Source: Verrucomicrobiaceae bacterium
GTDB taxonomy: Bacteria; Verrucomicrobiota; Verrucomicrobiia; Verrucomicrobiales; Akkermansiaceae
Direction of reading: 5' to 3'
NCBI GenBank assembly: GCA_051252135.1
Contig: JBPOGH010000019.1
Span: 21,176 to 85,175 of the forward strand
DNA: 64,000 nucleotides
Under the pieces are notes generated by a model, which had not been told where the DNA came from, did not search any database, and saw only the letters and a list, made by a program, of their open reading frames with translations. The position numbers and the translations under genes were made by a program. Positions 28,263-38,500 of the stretch are shown here, piece by piece. Each line of letters begins with the position of its first letter. Position 1 is the stretch's first letter.

Positions 28263-28814
28263 CTAATCCAGCTCCTTCACCCGAATCTTCCGGAACGCGA
28301 TCTTCCCTGCATTCTTCTGCAAGCCGATCAAGCCCGCCGGACGAGGATTCTTCGGCGAGTAGGTCACCAGATGCTTCCCATCCAGCTCCACCGTCACCGA
28401 CCCCTTGTTCACGATCAGGCGATAACTCCGCCAGTCATCCGTCTCCCCCTGACCTTCGATCCGGTGGTGCTTCACAATGCTCCCCGTCGGGAACGGATTC
28501 GTCGGATCGGCAATGTTGATCTCATAACAATCCACCGCCTCGTTCTTCACCTTTGCCTCGGTGTTTAAAAAGACCCCGCTGTTCGTCCCTTTCGCCGCCT
28601 TGAATTCCAGCTCCAGCACGTAATTCTCATACGTCTTGTCCGTCGTCAGCAGACAGACATCCCCCTCGCTCGCCGTCAGCGTCCCGTCTTCCACCTTCCA
28701 ATCGGCATTCCCCTGGTTGGTCCACCCCGTCATCGTCTTACCGTCAAAAAGACTCACCCACTCACCGGCAAAAACAGGAGCCGCCAACACAAAAAACAGT
28801 GCGATCAATTTCAT
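28263..28814 (-). CDS. DUF1080 (3-keto-disaccharide hydrolase-like) secreted protein
   Basis: Signal peptide; WVSLFDGKTMTGW, NSGVF, GLIGLQ, IAFRKIRVKEL. Confidence 0.9.
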   Translation of the reverse strand: MKLIALFFVLAAPVFAGEWVSLFDGKTMTGWTNQGNADWKVEDGTLTASEGDVCLLTTDKTYENYVLELEFKAAKGTNSGVFLNTEAKVKNEAVDCYEINIADPTNPFPTGSIVKHHRIEGQGETDDWRSYRLIVNKGSVTVELDGKHLVTYSPKNPRPAGLIGLQKNAGKIAFRKIRVKELD

Positions 28815-28846
28815 CGCACAACTTCTCCCACGTTCCCCTCCCCACC

Positions 28847-30271
28847 TCAAGCACTCTTCACCACAACCCCCATTCCATCCTCTTTCACGATCCGCACCGC
28901 CTCACCCTTTCCGATAAATCCCGACTCCACCACCACATCGAGAACCACCCCGTCGATCTCCGCCTTCCCCGAAGGATGAAGGTCCGTCGTCGCCACCCCC
29001 GTCATCCCGATCCGGGGACCACTCGCTTCCTCCTCGGTAATTCCCGTCCCCGCCGACAAGGTCGCGGGCAACATCATCTTCTTCAAGAACGGCACCTCCG
29101 GCAAAAAACGCATCGTCGCCCACATAATCGCAAGCGACCCAAAAATCCCAAACGCCAAATGCTGCGCCGGCGAGTCCAGCAAATCCAAAATCCCCGATGC
29201 CGTCGGCGCCTCAAACTGCTGCTGATTCCACGCCACCCCGTCCACCATCGAGAACGCCAGCGACGACAACACCAGCACCAAGCCCAAAATCCCCGGAATC
29301 CCAAACCCCGGCAGCACAAAAATCTCCACCGCGATCAGGATCAACCCCAGCACAAAGAGCGCCACCAACTCATACCCCGCCATATTCCCCGCCAGATAAT
29401 TCCCGAAAAAGAACAGCGTAAACGCCACAATCGACACAATCCCCCCGATCCCAAACCCCGGAGTCTTCACCTCAAAATATCCCCCCGCCAAACCAATCAG
29501 AATCAACACCCCCGACACACTCGCCACCCACCACGCAAATTTCTCAAATCCCGTCGGCGTCGCCGTCACCACCTCCGCCTCCGCCAGGCCCTCCCGCTCC
29601 AGCACCTCTTCCAGCGTCTTCACCTCCGCCACCGCAAAAAGCGGACCGTCATCCAACATCTTCACCGCCTCACTCGAGTTCAACGCCAGCAGCTGTCCCG
29701 CCTTCACTTCCACCCCTCCGATCGTTTCCGTCTCATCGCTCAGCACCATCATCGCCTTGATCACCTCATGCCGATGCCCCTTCTCCTTCACAATCCAGCG
29801 CACATGCGCATCAAAAAAACTCTCCAGCTTCGCCCGCATCGTCTTGTCAATCTCCCCCACACTGCTCACCACCGCCGCCGATCCCACCAACGCCCCCGGC
29901 GCCATGTAAATCCGGTCCGTCGATACCGCAATCATCGCACCCGCACTCATCGCCTCCGGATCAATATACGAAATCGTCGGCACCTTCAGATTGGCAATCT
30001 TGCTCATCAGATCATGCGTCGCAAAAGCCAGCCCGCCCGGCGTATCCAGCTTAAAGACCACCGCCTTCGCCCCTTCCTCCTCCACCCGATCCAGCGCCCG
30101 CTCCCAGAATTTGAAACTCTGACCGTTTACCAAATCATCTTCCCCCACCTCAATCACCACCACTTTCCCCTCGTAACTCTCCTCCACCGACTTCCCCAAC
30201 ACCCGCTGGTCCGTCCCCTCAGCCTGAAGAAACCCCGCCAATCCAAGGAAAAATGCCATCATTCGATTCAT
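28847..30271 (-). CDS. NfeD-family membrane-bound ClpP-class serine protease (long form)
   Basis: LDTPGG, AMSAGAMIA, MAPGALVGSA, several TM helices, C-terminal OB fold TDLHPSGKAEIDG. Confidence 0.9.
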   Translation of the reverse strand: MNRMMAFFLGLAGFLQAEGTDQRVLGKSVEESYEGKVVVIEVGEDDLVNGQSFKFWERALDRVEEEGAKAVVFKLDTPGGLAFATHDLMSKIANLKVPTISYIDPEAMSAGAMIAVSTDRIYMAPGALVGSAAVVSSVGEIDKTMRAKLESFFDAHVRWIVKEKGHRHEVIKAMMVLSDETETIGGVEVKAGQLLALNSSEAVKMLDDGPLFAVAEVKTLEEVLEREGLAEAEVVTATPTGFEKFAWWVASVSGVLILIGLAGGYFEVKTPGFGIGGIVSIVAFTLFFFGNYLAGNMAGYELVALFVLGLILIAVEIFVLPGFGIPGILGLVLVLSSLAFSMVDGVAWNQQQFEAPTASGILDLLDSPAQHLAFGIFGSLAIMWATMRFLPEVPFLKKMMLPATLSAGTGITEEEASGPRIGMTGVATTDLHPSGKAEIDGVVLDVVVESGFIGKGEAVRIVKEDGMGVVVKSA

Positions 30272-30356
30272 GCCCGAACTCTAACCCGATTTCCCCCTCC
30301 TGCAAAATTATCAAATTTCCCCTCCCATCTTTCCCGTTTCCGGTTTCAATCCCGCC

Positions 30357-32180
30357 GTGGGAAGAATTCCGGAAGAAACAGTCGAAGAGGTGCTCGCCGC
30401 GGCGGACATCGTCGATGTCATCGGCTCCTACTTCCCACTCAAACGCGCCGGCTCTCTCTTCAAGTGCAACTGCCCCTTCCATAACGAAAAAACACCCTCT
30501 TTCAGCGTCAACCCCGCCTGGCAGACTTTCAAATGCTTCGGCTGCGGCGAGTCCGGCAGCGCCCTCGGCTTCATCATGAAGTACGAGAACATCCCCTTCG
30601 TCGACGCCGTCAAAAAGCTCGCCGCCCGCGTCGGCGTCCAAATCACCGAGGAAGCCTATGATCCCGAGGCCGACCGACGCCGACGCCGCATCTCCCGCCT
30701 CAAGGAGATCAACAACTTCGCCGCCCGATACTACCACAACCTCCTCCTCAAATCCCCCGACGCCCAACACGCGCGCGACTACGTCAAATCACGCGGCTTC
30801 ACCAAGGAGACCGCCGAAAAATGGCTCATCGGCTGGGCTCCCCGTAATTCACACGATTTCATCTCGGCCCTGAAGGCAAAGGAATTCAACGGTCGCGAAC
30901 TCATCCAGGCCGGCCTCGGCGGCCTCAAGGACAAGGAAAACCCCCGCAGCGGCGTTTACACCAAGTTCTACGACCAACTGATGTTCCCCATCCACAACCA
31001 CTACGGCGACGTCGTCGGCTTCAGCGGACGCGTCCTCCGCCCCGATGACAAACGCGGGAAATACATCAACACCAACGACACCCAACTCTTCAACAAATCC
31101 GCCCTCCTCTTCGGCCTCGATAAAGCCATCAAGCCCATGGGCCGCGAAAAGTTCGCCCTCATCGTCGAGGGCCAACTCGATGCCATCGCCCTCCACGAGG
31201 CCGGCTTCGAAAACGCCGTCGCCCCCCTCGGCACCGCCTTCACCGAGCAACACGCCACCCTCCTCAAGCGCTACACCGACCAAATCATCCTCTGCTACGA
31301 TGGCGACTCCGCCGGCCTCACCGCCGCCGATAAAGCCTTCGCCCAACTCGCCGCCGTCGGCCTCCCCGTCAAACTCGTCCACCTCCCCGAGGGCGAGGAC
31401 CCCGACACCTTCCTCCAAAACCAGGGCCCCGAGGCCTTCCGCGCCCTCCTCGATAACGCCAAAGACTTCTTCCAGGCCAAACTCGACAAGGAACTCCCCA
31501 AAATTGACCTCAACTCCCCCTCCGCCCGCGCCGGCCTCCTCCAAAGCCTCGGCGACGCCGTCGGCCAGATCAGCAACGACCTCATGCGCGACTCCACCAT
31601 CCAGACCCTCGCCACCCGCCTGCGTCTCGGAGCCGATGAATTCCGCGCCATCGTCGCCAAATCCCGCGCCAAACCGAAATATCAGGACCGCCGCAAGCGC
31701 GATGAAGATCCCAATGCCGAGGCCCCCGTCGTCGCCTCCGCCATGGACCCCTCCATCGCCTACCTCGCCCACCTCTCCCTCGCCTTCCCCGAAATCACCG
31801 ACTCCCTCAACGAACAACTCGAGGCCCTCCATGAAGTCCTCGATGAAACCCCCGGTGGCAGCCTCCTCCGCAGGGTAATCGGTCGCACCTCCACCTCGTC
31901 CACCCCCAGCGCCCGCCAGGCCTTCCTCCTCACCCTCGACCGCGCCGATCAACTCGCCCTCGAGTCCGGCTTCAGCGACGAACTCCCCCGCGACCCCCAA
32001 AAGGCCTCCTCCGAGGCCATCACCCTCCTCCTCTCCTCCCACTTTCAGAAAAAGGAGTCCCGCCTCCGCGCCCAACTCGCCGATCCCAACCTCCCCGTCG
32101 ACCAAATGGTCCCCATCATGGAGGAAATTAAAGAAATGCAGGAATTCCTTAAAAATCTCGATTCCCGTTTCATCCGCTGA
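30357..32180 (+). CDS. dnaG: DNA primase
   Basis: CPFHNEKTPSF...CFGC zinc finger, MFPI, GFSGR, KYINT, VEGQLD, CYDGDSAG, DPD. Confidence 0.97.
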   Translation: MGRIPEETVEEVLAAADIVDVIGSYFPLKRAGSLFKCNCPFHNEKTPSFSVNPAWQTFKCFGCGESGSALGFIMKYENIPFVDAVKKLAARVGVQITEEAYDPEADRRRRRISRLKEINNFAARYYHNLLLKSPDAQHARDYVKSRGFTKETAEKWLIGWAPRNSHDFISALKAKEFNGRELIQAGLGGLKDKENPRSGVYTKFYDQLMFPIHNHYGDVVGFSGRVLRPDDKRGKYINTNDTQLFNKSALLFGLDKAIKPMGREKFALIVEGQLDAIALHEAGFENAVAPLGTAFTEQHATLLKRYTDQIILCYDGDSAGLTAADKAFAQLAAVGLPVKLVHLPEGEDPDTFLQNQGPEAFRALLDNAKDFFQAKLDKELPKIDLNSPSARAGLLQSLGDAVGQISNDLMRDSTIQTLATRLRLGADEFRAIVAKSRAKPKYQDRRKRDEDPNAEAPVVASAMDPSIAYLAHLSLAFPEITDSLNEQLEALHEVLDETPGGSLLRRVIGRTSTSSTPSARQAFLLTLDRADQLALESGFSDELPRDPQKASSEAITLLLSSHFQKKESRLRAQLADPNLPVDQMVPIMEEIKEMQEFLKNLDSRFIR

Positions 32181-32370
32181 AAATCCTCTCAAAACACTCC
32201 CTCCCCCTCAAAAACCCCACGCTTTCCGCACATTTTCGCACAACAGGCCCTCAAAAGGCGAAAATACTTGACCGTATCCCGTTCCTCACAAACATACGCC
32301 TTCCAGCAAGCGCGCTTGCTGGATTACAATAGGTGAGGTGTGTCCACACCAGCCCACTCCATTTCTCATC

Positions 32371-34233
32371 ATGGCGAAGAAGAAGACCGCAGCAAAAAAA
32401 GCAGCTCCTAAAAAGAAGGCCCCGGCCAAAAAAGCAGCCAAAAAAGCTGTGAAAAAGGCTCCGGCCAAGAAAGCTGCTAAGAAGGCCCCGGCCAAGAAAG
32501 CTCCAGCTAAAAAGGCCACCAAAAAAGCCGCTAAAGCTGCCACCAAAAAGGCCCCGGCTAAAAAAGCTCCCAAGAAAGCCGCCCCTCCTGCCAAGCCCAA
32601 AGCCGACGCAGAAACTCCCGCGCCCGCAGCCAAAAAGCCCAAGAACCGGATCGACACTCCCGAGATTCAGGAAAAAATCCGTGAACTCATCAAGCTCGCC
32701 AAGGAACAGGATTACCTGACCTACGACGACATCCACGAAATCCTCCCCAACAACATCGTCGATCCCTCTGACGTCGATGCCATCCTCGACCGACTCCGCC
32801 AAATGGAGTTCGACATCATCGATGCCTCCGAGGTCGACCGATACAAGGATAAGAAAAAAGGCGACCTCGACGGTGAAGAGGAAACCAAGGACCAGAAACT
32901 CGATATCCTCGATGACCCCGTCCGCATGTATCTCAAGCAGATGGGCCAGGTCCCCCTCCTCACCCGTGAGCAGGAAGTGGAAATCTCCAAGCGTATCGAG
33001 GACGCCGAAATCGAAGTCCAGAAATTCCTTCACCTCTTCGGCTTCACCCCCGCCGGCTACCTCGGCCTCGCCGACAAGCTCATGCGCGGCAAGGAGCGCT
33101 TCGACCGCGTCATCCTCGACAAAAAGATCGAGTCCCGTGAGCGCTACATGAAGGCCCTCCCCAAACTCTGCGAACAGGTCCGCACCCTCCACGAGGAAAC
33201 CACCCAGATTTGCAAAAAGCTCTCCGCCAAAACCGTCCGCGGCAAAAAGAAGCTCGAGACCACCCGCGAAAAGAACCTCCAGTCCATCGCCCGTCTCTAC
33301 CAACGCTTCTACTTCAAGCAAAAGGTCATCGAGGACTTCTGCGATGTCGTCGACGAGTATCAGGAAAAGTTCTGGAAGTACTCCCGCAAGAAGAGCGAGG
33401 AAGCCGAGACCGCCATCAAAGAGCTCCAGCTCGAAGCCTGGCATGATGTCGAAAGCTTCGAGGCCACCAACAAGGAACTCCACATCTGGATCGCCAAGGC
33501 CCGTAAGGCCAAGGACGAAATGGTTGAGGCCAACCTCCGCCTCGTCATCTCCATCGCCAAGAAATACACCAACCGCGGACTCTCCTTCCTCGACCTCATT
33601 CAGGAAGGAAACATGGGCCTCATGAAGGCTGTCGAAAAATTCGAATACCGTCGCGGTTACAAATTCTCGACCTACGCCACCTGGTGGATTCGTCAGGCCA
33701 TCACCCGCTCCATCGCGGACCAGGCCCGCACCATCCGCATCCCGGTCCACATGATCGAGACCATCAACAAGCTCATGCGCGTGCAGAAGCAGCTCGTTCA
33801 GGAATACGGTCGCGAACCGACCCCGGACGAGATCGCCGAGGAAATCCACCTCCCCGTCGAGCGGGTCCGTGCCGTCCTCAAGATGGCCCAACAGCCCATC
33901 TCCCTTCAGGCTCCCGTTGGCGATTCCGATGACACCTCCTTCGGAGACTTCATCGAGGATAAAGCCGCCGAGAATCCCATGGAAGAAGCCGGCTTCGCCA
34001 TGCTCAAGGACAAGATCATCGAAGTCCTCGACACCCTCACCGAGCGTGAGCGCGAAGTCCTCGAACAACGCTTCGGCCTCAAGGACGGCTACTCACGCAC
34101 CCTCGAGGAAGTGGGCCGCCAGTTCCAGGTCACCCGCGAACGGATTCGCCAGATCGAAGCCAAAGCCCTCCGGAAAATGCGTCACCCGACCCGTATCCGG
34201 AAGCTCGAAGGCTTCATCGAACTCCCGATGTAA
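32371..34233 (+). CDS. rpoD: Primary sigma-70 factor with a Lys/Ala/Pro-rich N-terminal extension
   Basis: [64 protein letters not shown]; directly downstream of dnaG. Confidence 0.98.
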   Translation: MAKKKTAAKKAAPKKKAPAKKAAKKAVKKAPAKKAAKKAPAKKAPAKKATKKAAKAATKKAPAKKAPKKAAPPAKPKADAETPAPAAKKPKNRIDTPEIQEKIRELIKLAKEQDYLTYDDIHEILPNNIVDPSDVDAILDRLRQMEFDIIDASEVDRYKDKKKGDLDGEEETKDQKLDILDDPVRMYLKQMGQVPLLTREQEVEISKRIEDAEIEVQKFLHLFGFTPAGYLGLADKLMRGKERFDRVILDKKIESRERYMKALPKLCEQVRTLHEETTQICKKLSAKTVRGKKKLETTREKNLQSIARLYQRFYFKQKVIEDFCDVVDEYQEKFWKYSRKKSEEAETAIKELQLEAWHDVESFEATNKELHIWIAKARKAKDEMVEANLRLVISIAKKYTNRGLSFLDLIQEGNMGLMKAVEKFEYRRGYKFSTYATWWIRQAITRSIADQARTIRIPVHMIETINKLMRVQKQLVQEYGREPTPDEIAEEIHLPVERVRAVLKMAQQPISLQAPVGDSDDTSFGDFIEDKAAENPMEEAGFAMLKDKIIEVLDTLTEREREVLEQRFGLKDGYSRTLEEVGRQFQVTRERIRQIEAKALRKMRHPTRIRKLEGFIELPM

Positions 34234-34247
34234 AAGTCCCACTCTCC

Positions 34248-34278
34248 AAAGCGGCGCTCCACAAAGCGCCGCTTTTTT
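34248..34278 (+). terminator. Rho-independent terminator of rpoD, probably bidirectional
   Basis: AAAGCGGCGCT-CCACAA-AGCGCCGCTTTTTT between convergent rpoD and miaB. Confidence 0.85.
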
Positions 34279-34297
34279 ATTTGTCGCGGCAACCGCC

Positions 34298-35728
34298 TCA
34301 ATCCAGCACCGGCGTCCCGTAAAGCGTGAACCCCGTCGAGTCCTCGATCATCACATCGAAAATCTCACCCGTCATCCGCTCCGCATCGCCGTCGAAAATC
34401 ACGATCTTGTTCTGGCTCGTCCGTCCACTCAGACGCGCCTTGTTCGTCTTGCTCGGCCCCTCGCACAGAATCCTCTGGCGCGTCCCGATCAACTTCCCGT
34501 TCTTCTCCTTCGTCAGCGCATCCTGCACCGCGAGCAACTCCTGGTTGCGCCGCTCCTTCACACTCTCCTCAAGCTGCCCCTCCATCTCCGCCGCCGGCGT
34601 ATCCTTCCGCTTGGAGTAACGGAAAATGAAACTGTTATCAAAGCCCACATCCTGCACGCACTTCACCGTCTCCTGAAAATCCTCCTCGGTCTCACCGGGG
34701 AAGCCCACGATGATGTCCGTCGTGATCGCTAGGTCCGGACGCGCCGCCTTCATCTTCGCGCAAATCGCCAAAAACTTCTCATTCTTATACGGACGGCGCA
34801 TCGCCTTCAAAATCCGGTCCGAACCACTCTGCATCGGGAAATGAATGTGCGAGCACAGCTTCGGCAGATACGTAAACGCCTCCACCAAATCATCGCGATA
34901 CCCGATCGGGTGCGGACTCGTAAAGCGAATCCGCTCCAGCCCCTCAACCGCATGCACCGCTTCCAGCAGCTGCACAAAAGGACTCTTCCCGTCCACCTTC
35001 TCAAATTCCGTCCGCCCATACAGATTCACAATCTGACCCAGCAGCGTCACCTCTTTCACCCCCTCGGAAACAAGACCTTTCACCTCGTCCACAATGTCCG
35101 TAATCGGCCGCCCCCGCTCCTTGCCCCGCGTGTCCGGCACAATGCAAAACGAGCACCGCATGTTGCAGCCCTGCATAATGCTCACAAACGCCGTCGCCCG
35201 CTTCTCCTTCCGCGGCACGTGATCTCGAATCGTATTCTGGCTCCCCACTTCCTCCGCCGTGTCCACCACCCGCGCCGAGATCGTCTTCTCGCCATTGATG
35301 TTCACCACCTCATCCTCCACCCGTGAAGTCACCATCTCGGATCCCACCTCATCCATCCGCGTGTTCAGGCGCCGCGATAACACCTGATCCACATAATCAA
35401 AAACCCGATGATACTTCTGCGTCCCCACCACCACATCAAGATGCGGAATCCGCTGAAAAAGCTCCTCCCCCCGGCTCTGCGCCATGCACCCCATGAAACC
35501 AAAAACCACATGCGGCCGCACCTCCCGATGCTTCCCCATCATCCCCATCTTTCCCAGCGCCTTCTGCTCCGCCTGATCACGCACACTGCACGTATTAATC
35601 AGGATCGCATCCGCATCCTGCTCGCTGGGGGTGAGCGTATATCCACGCTCCGAAAACGTCCGGGCAACCTGCTCGGAATCACGTTCGTTCATCTGTCACC
35701 CGTAGGTTTTGATAAAGACTTTAGGCAT
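34298..35728 (-). CDS. miaB: tRNA-i6A37 methylthiotransferase MiaB with an in-frame TGA at codon 11 (recoding candidate)
   Basis: Reads MPKVFIKTYG-TGA-QMNERDS from ATG 35728; INTCSVR, GCMAQ, radical-SAM CNMRCSFC, TTDIIVGFPGET, C-terminal TRAM domain. The ORF track starts at the internal Met (35692). Confidence 0.92.
35651..35687 (-). promoter_or_regulatory. SECIS-like hairpin downstream of the miaB TGA
   Basis: mRNA UCCG-A-GCA-GGU-UGC-C-CGGA (35677-35659), extendable by AACG/CGUU; apical GGU starts 27 nt after the UGA. Confidence 0.5.
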
Positions 35729-35824
35729 GCGCCCTCTCCCTAGCCCCTTCACCCCAAAAGCTCAACCCCCAATCAACCCCCTCATCCCATTAGACATTTC
35801 CCGATTCTGCACCACCTTGACCCA

Positions 35825-36724
35825 ATGAAGCTCGCCTTGGTTCTCAATCGCGAATCCGGCTCCGGATTGTTCAACGACGAATCGGCTCGATCTGAAATCG
35901 TCGAAATCTTCAACAATGCCGGTCATGAGGTCACCGCGGACCCCGTCCCCGCCAAAGACCTCACCACCACTCTTGAAAAGTGGATCGCCTCCGATTGCGA
36001 TGGAATCATCGTCGGCGGAGGTGATGGCACCGTCGCTTCCACTGCCGATCTCATCCGCGGCAGCGGAAAATTCTTCGGCGTTCTCCCTCTCGGCACCTTC
36101 AATCTCGAAGCCCGGGACCTCGAAATCCCCCTCGAAGTCAGGGACGCCGCCCTCGCCCTTTCCCAAGCGGAAGTCAAAGAAATCGATCTCCTTCTCGTCA
36201 ACGACCGCGTCTGCCTCTGCACCACCGTCCTCGGCTTCTACCCCACCCTCTCCCGCATCCGGAAAGATTACCACGGCCACGGATGGTGGAAAAAAACCAT
36301 CCGCCTCGCCTACGAAATCGCCGTTCTCGCCACCCGCACCCCTCCTCTCACCCTCACCATCGATGCCCCCGATGGAAACCCTCCCCTCGTGCAGAAAACC
36401 CGCATCGCCGTCTTTTCCCCCGGCCCCTATGAGGACGCCCTCGGCATCATCCCCCGCAGACCCGATCTCGCAACAGGCAAGCTCATGGCCTACATCTCTC
36501 GTCACCTCTCACGCGTCGCCATGGTCCGGGCGGCCCTCCGTTTCCTCATCGGATCCCTTTTCGATACCGATGAAATGGCGGTCATCGAAACCACTTCCCT
36601 CCAGCTCGACGTCAAGGGCCGCTCTTCGGTCACCGCCATGATCGATGGCGAAATTTTGGAGCTCAACCTCCCTTGCCGCATGAAAATCCTTCCCAAGGCT
36701 GTCAAAGTCCTCACCCCGGCATGA
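35825..36724 (+). CDS. Diacylglycerol/lipid kinase family protein (YegS/DAGK-like)
   Basis: LNRESG, GGGDGT, LPLGTFNL, IDGE. Confidence 0.9.
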   Translation: MKLALVLNRESGSGLFNDESARSEIVEIFNNAGHEVTADPVPAKDLTTTLEKWIASDCDGIIVGGGDGTVASTADLIRGSGKFFGVLPLGTFNLEARDLEIPLEVRDAALALSQAEVKEIDLLLVNDRVCLCTTVLGFYPTLSRIRKDYHGHGWWKKTIRLAYEIAVLATRTPPLTLTIDAPDGNPPLVQKTRIAVFSPGPYEDALGIIPRRPDLATGKLMAYISRHLSRVAMVRAALRFLIGSLFDTDEMAVIETTSLQLDVKGRSSVTAMIDGEILELNLPCRMKILPKAVKVLTPA

Positions 36725-37536
36725 CCCCTTTCAAACTCCTCCACTTCTCCGACCCCCACTTCGGAGCCTGCGATCCCGCCATCGCCCAGGCCGCCTCTCT
36801 GGCGGCTCACAAGATCGAACCCGATCACCTCGTCGTTTCCGGAGACTTATCCATGCGCGGACGCCGCCGTGAGCTTCAGGCCGCTGCCGCCTGGCTTCAA
36901 CATCTCCCCCAACCCCTCACCGTCTTTCCCGGAAATCACGACGTCCCCGGACTCAATCAACCCCTCGATCGCTTTTTCGCCCCCTTCCGGCGCTACCGGA
37001 AATATATCAATGCAGTCGAAGAACCCACCGCCCCTCTGGGAAAGATCGGAACCCTCGTCACCGCAAATTCCTCAACCCCCTTCGGCTGGCACCGCGATTG
37101 GTCCCGCGGCTTCCTCGGCCCCATCCAGGGAAACCGAATCCATCGGGAATTCTCCGGCACCTCGGGCCTCCGCATACTCGGAATCCACCACCCCCTCCTC
37201 GCATCGAAAACCAAAGCCCGCGCCCTCGTCTCCCCACTCCCGCTCGTCCGGAATCTCCTGCACGAAAGCAAAGTCGACCTCGTCCTCGCCGGCCATTTCC
37301 ACCAATCAAAAGTCGGTCTTTTCCCAGGCGACGAGACAGCCGTCAGCAACACCATCGTCTCCCAAGCCCCCTCTGTCTGCACCACCCGCCTCAAAGGAGA
37401 ACCAAACGGGTATCACCTCATTCATCTCACCCCCGATTCGATCCTCATTCAGGTTTTCCGGTGGCGGGGCACCCGCTTTGAGAGATTCAGCGAAAATTCA
37501 TTCTCCCGAAGTTCTCTCGGCTGGGTCGGCGATTGA
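36721..37536 (+). CDS. Metallophosphoesterase (calcineurin-like)
   Basis: SDPHFG, SGDL, PGNHD, HHP, AGHFH; ATGA overlap with the upstream kinase. Confidence 0.9.
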   Translation: MTPFKLLHFSDPHFGACDPAIAQAASLAAHKIEPDHLVVSGDLSMRGRRRELQAAAAWLQHLPQPLTVFPGNHDVPGLNQPLDRFFAPFRRYRKYINAVEEPTAPLGKIGTLVTANSSTPFGWHRDWSRGFLGPIQGNRIHREFSGTSGLRILGIHHPLLASKTKARALVSPLPLVRNLLHESKVDLVLAGHFHQSKVGLFPGDETAVSNTIVSQAPSVCTTRLKGEPNGYHLIHLTPDSILIQVFRWRGTRFERFSENSFSRSSLGWVGD

Positions 37537-37537
37537 T

Positions 37538-37831
37538 TCACTCTTCGAGCGCCTCGTCCATGTCGTAGCCCTCCGCCGGCACCCGGGTGTGCGCCAACGC
37601 CCGTCCGGCACCCATGCGGGCAAGGCCGCCCACCGCACCGGCGATCACCGCCCAGAGCACCGCTTCCTTGAGCTCAACATCGGGATGGGCCGGATTCTTC
37701 GGCGGCGCCTCGTGAGTCACCGCATGATAACCCGCCCCAGCCAAACTCCGGGCCGCACGGGCCGCCAGAATCGGGGCAATCAATCCGGCACCAATTAACA
37801 ACAACGATTTCGAAGGAGTGGATTTCATCAT
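37538..37831 (-). CDS. DUF4235-like small membrane protein
   Basis: Two hydrophobic helices around PPKNPAHPDVELKEAVLWA. Confidence 0.7.
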   Translation of the reverse strand: MMKSTPSKSLLLIGAGLIAPILAARAARSLAGAGYHAVTHEAPPKNPAHPDVELKEAVLWAVIAGAVGGLARMGAGRALAHTRVPAEGYDMDEALEE

Positions 37832-38038
37832 GGGAAAATCAGTCGCACTTCCAGTGCCATCCCCGGACCTCGCCCCCCTCAAGGAAGAACAGGCACCCCC
37901 AACCCCGCCCGTTGCATTTTGCTTCGAAAAAATCACCTCCAACACAACAAATTGCACGAGCCACCATCAGGCATCCTCCGACAAGCCACTGAATTGCGAG
38001 ATTCCGGTCCCGGTACAACACCTGCAAAAAATAAAAGC

Positions 38039-38290
38039 ATGTCTACCGTCACTACCGAACGATTCAGCGTCCTCTCGATCATCGCCATTGTCTCCGCCGT
38101 CCTCACCTTTATGACCGGCCCAATCCTTGGCCTGATCTTTGCCGCCGTCGCCGTCCTCGCCGGACTGGGCGGCATCATCCTCGCCGCCTCCCCGCGCGTC
38201 CGCGGTGGCCTCACCAGCACTCTGGCGATCGTCGGAGGCTTCATCGGCGTCATTGCCGCCATCATTAAAGCCATCATGTGGTTGTTTTAA
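38039..38290 (+). CDS. Small membrane protein
   Basis: 83-aa, highly hydrophobic ORF with C-ending codons typical of this strand. Confidence 0.7.
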   Translation: MSTVTTERFSVLSIIAIVSAVLTFMTGPILGLIFAAVAVLAGLGGIILAASPRVRGGLTSTLAIVGGFIGVIAAIIKAIMWLF

Positions 38291-38500
38291 TTGGAGTCTA
38301 TCTCATCAACCCAGGATGGTCCTGCTCCAGTGATTTTTCTACTCTGACAAGGCTTCAACAATCGGAAAGGCCACAATTTTTCAGTGAAAAAGAGCAAACA
38401 GGGCCGCGCAGGGTTAATGGGATGGCCTCTGGCCACCACCATCACAGGATAGAACTTTCATCTATCTAATTCCTCTCTTCTGAGTTATGCAGGAAAGAGC

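Noticed and set aside
32251..34068. 605-aa ORF antisense to rpoD
   Set aside because: Mirror-frame shadow of a conserved, codon-biased gene; no independent coding signal.
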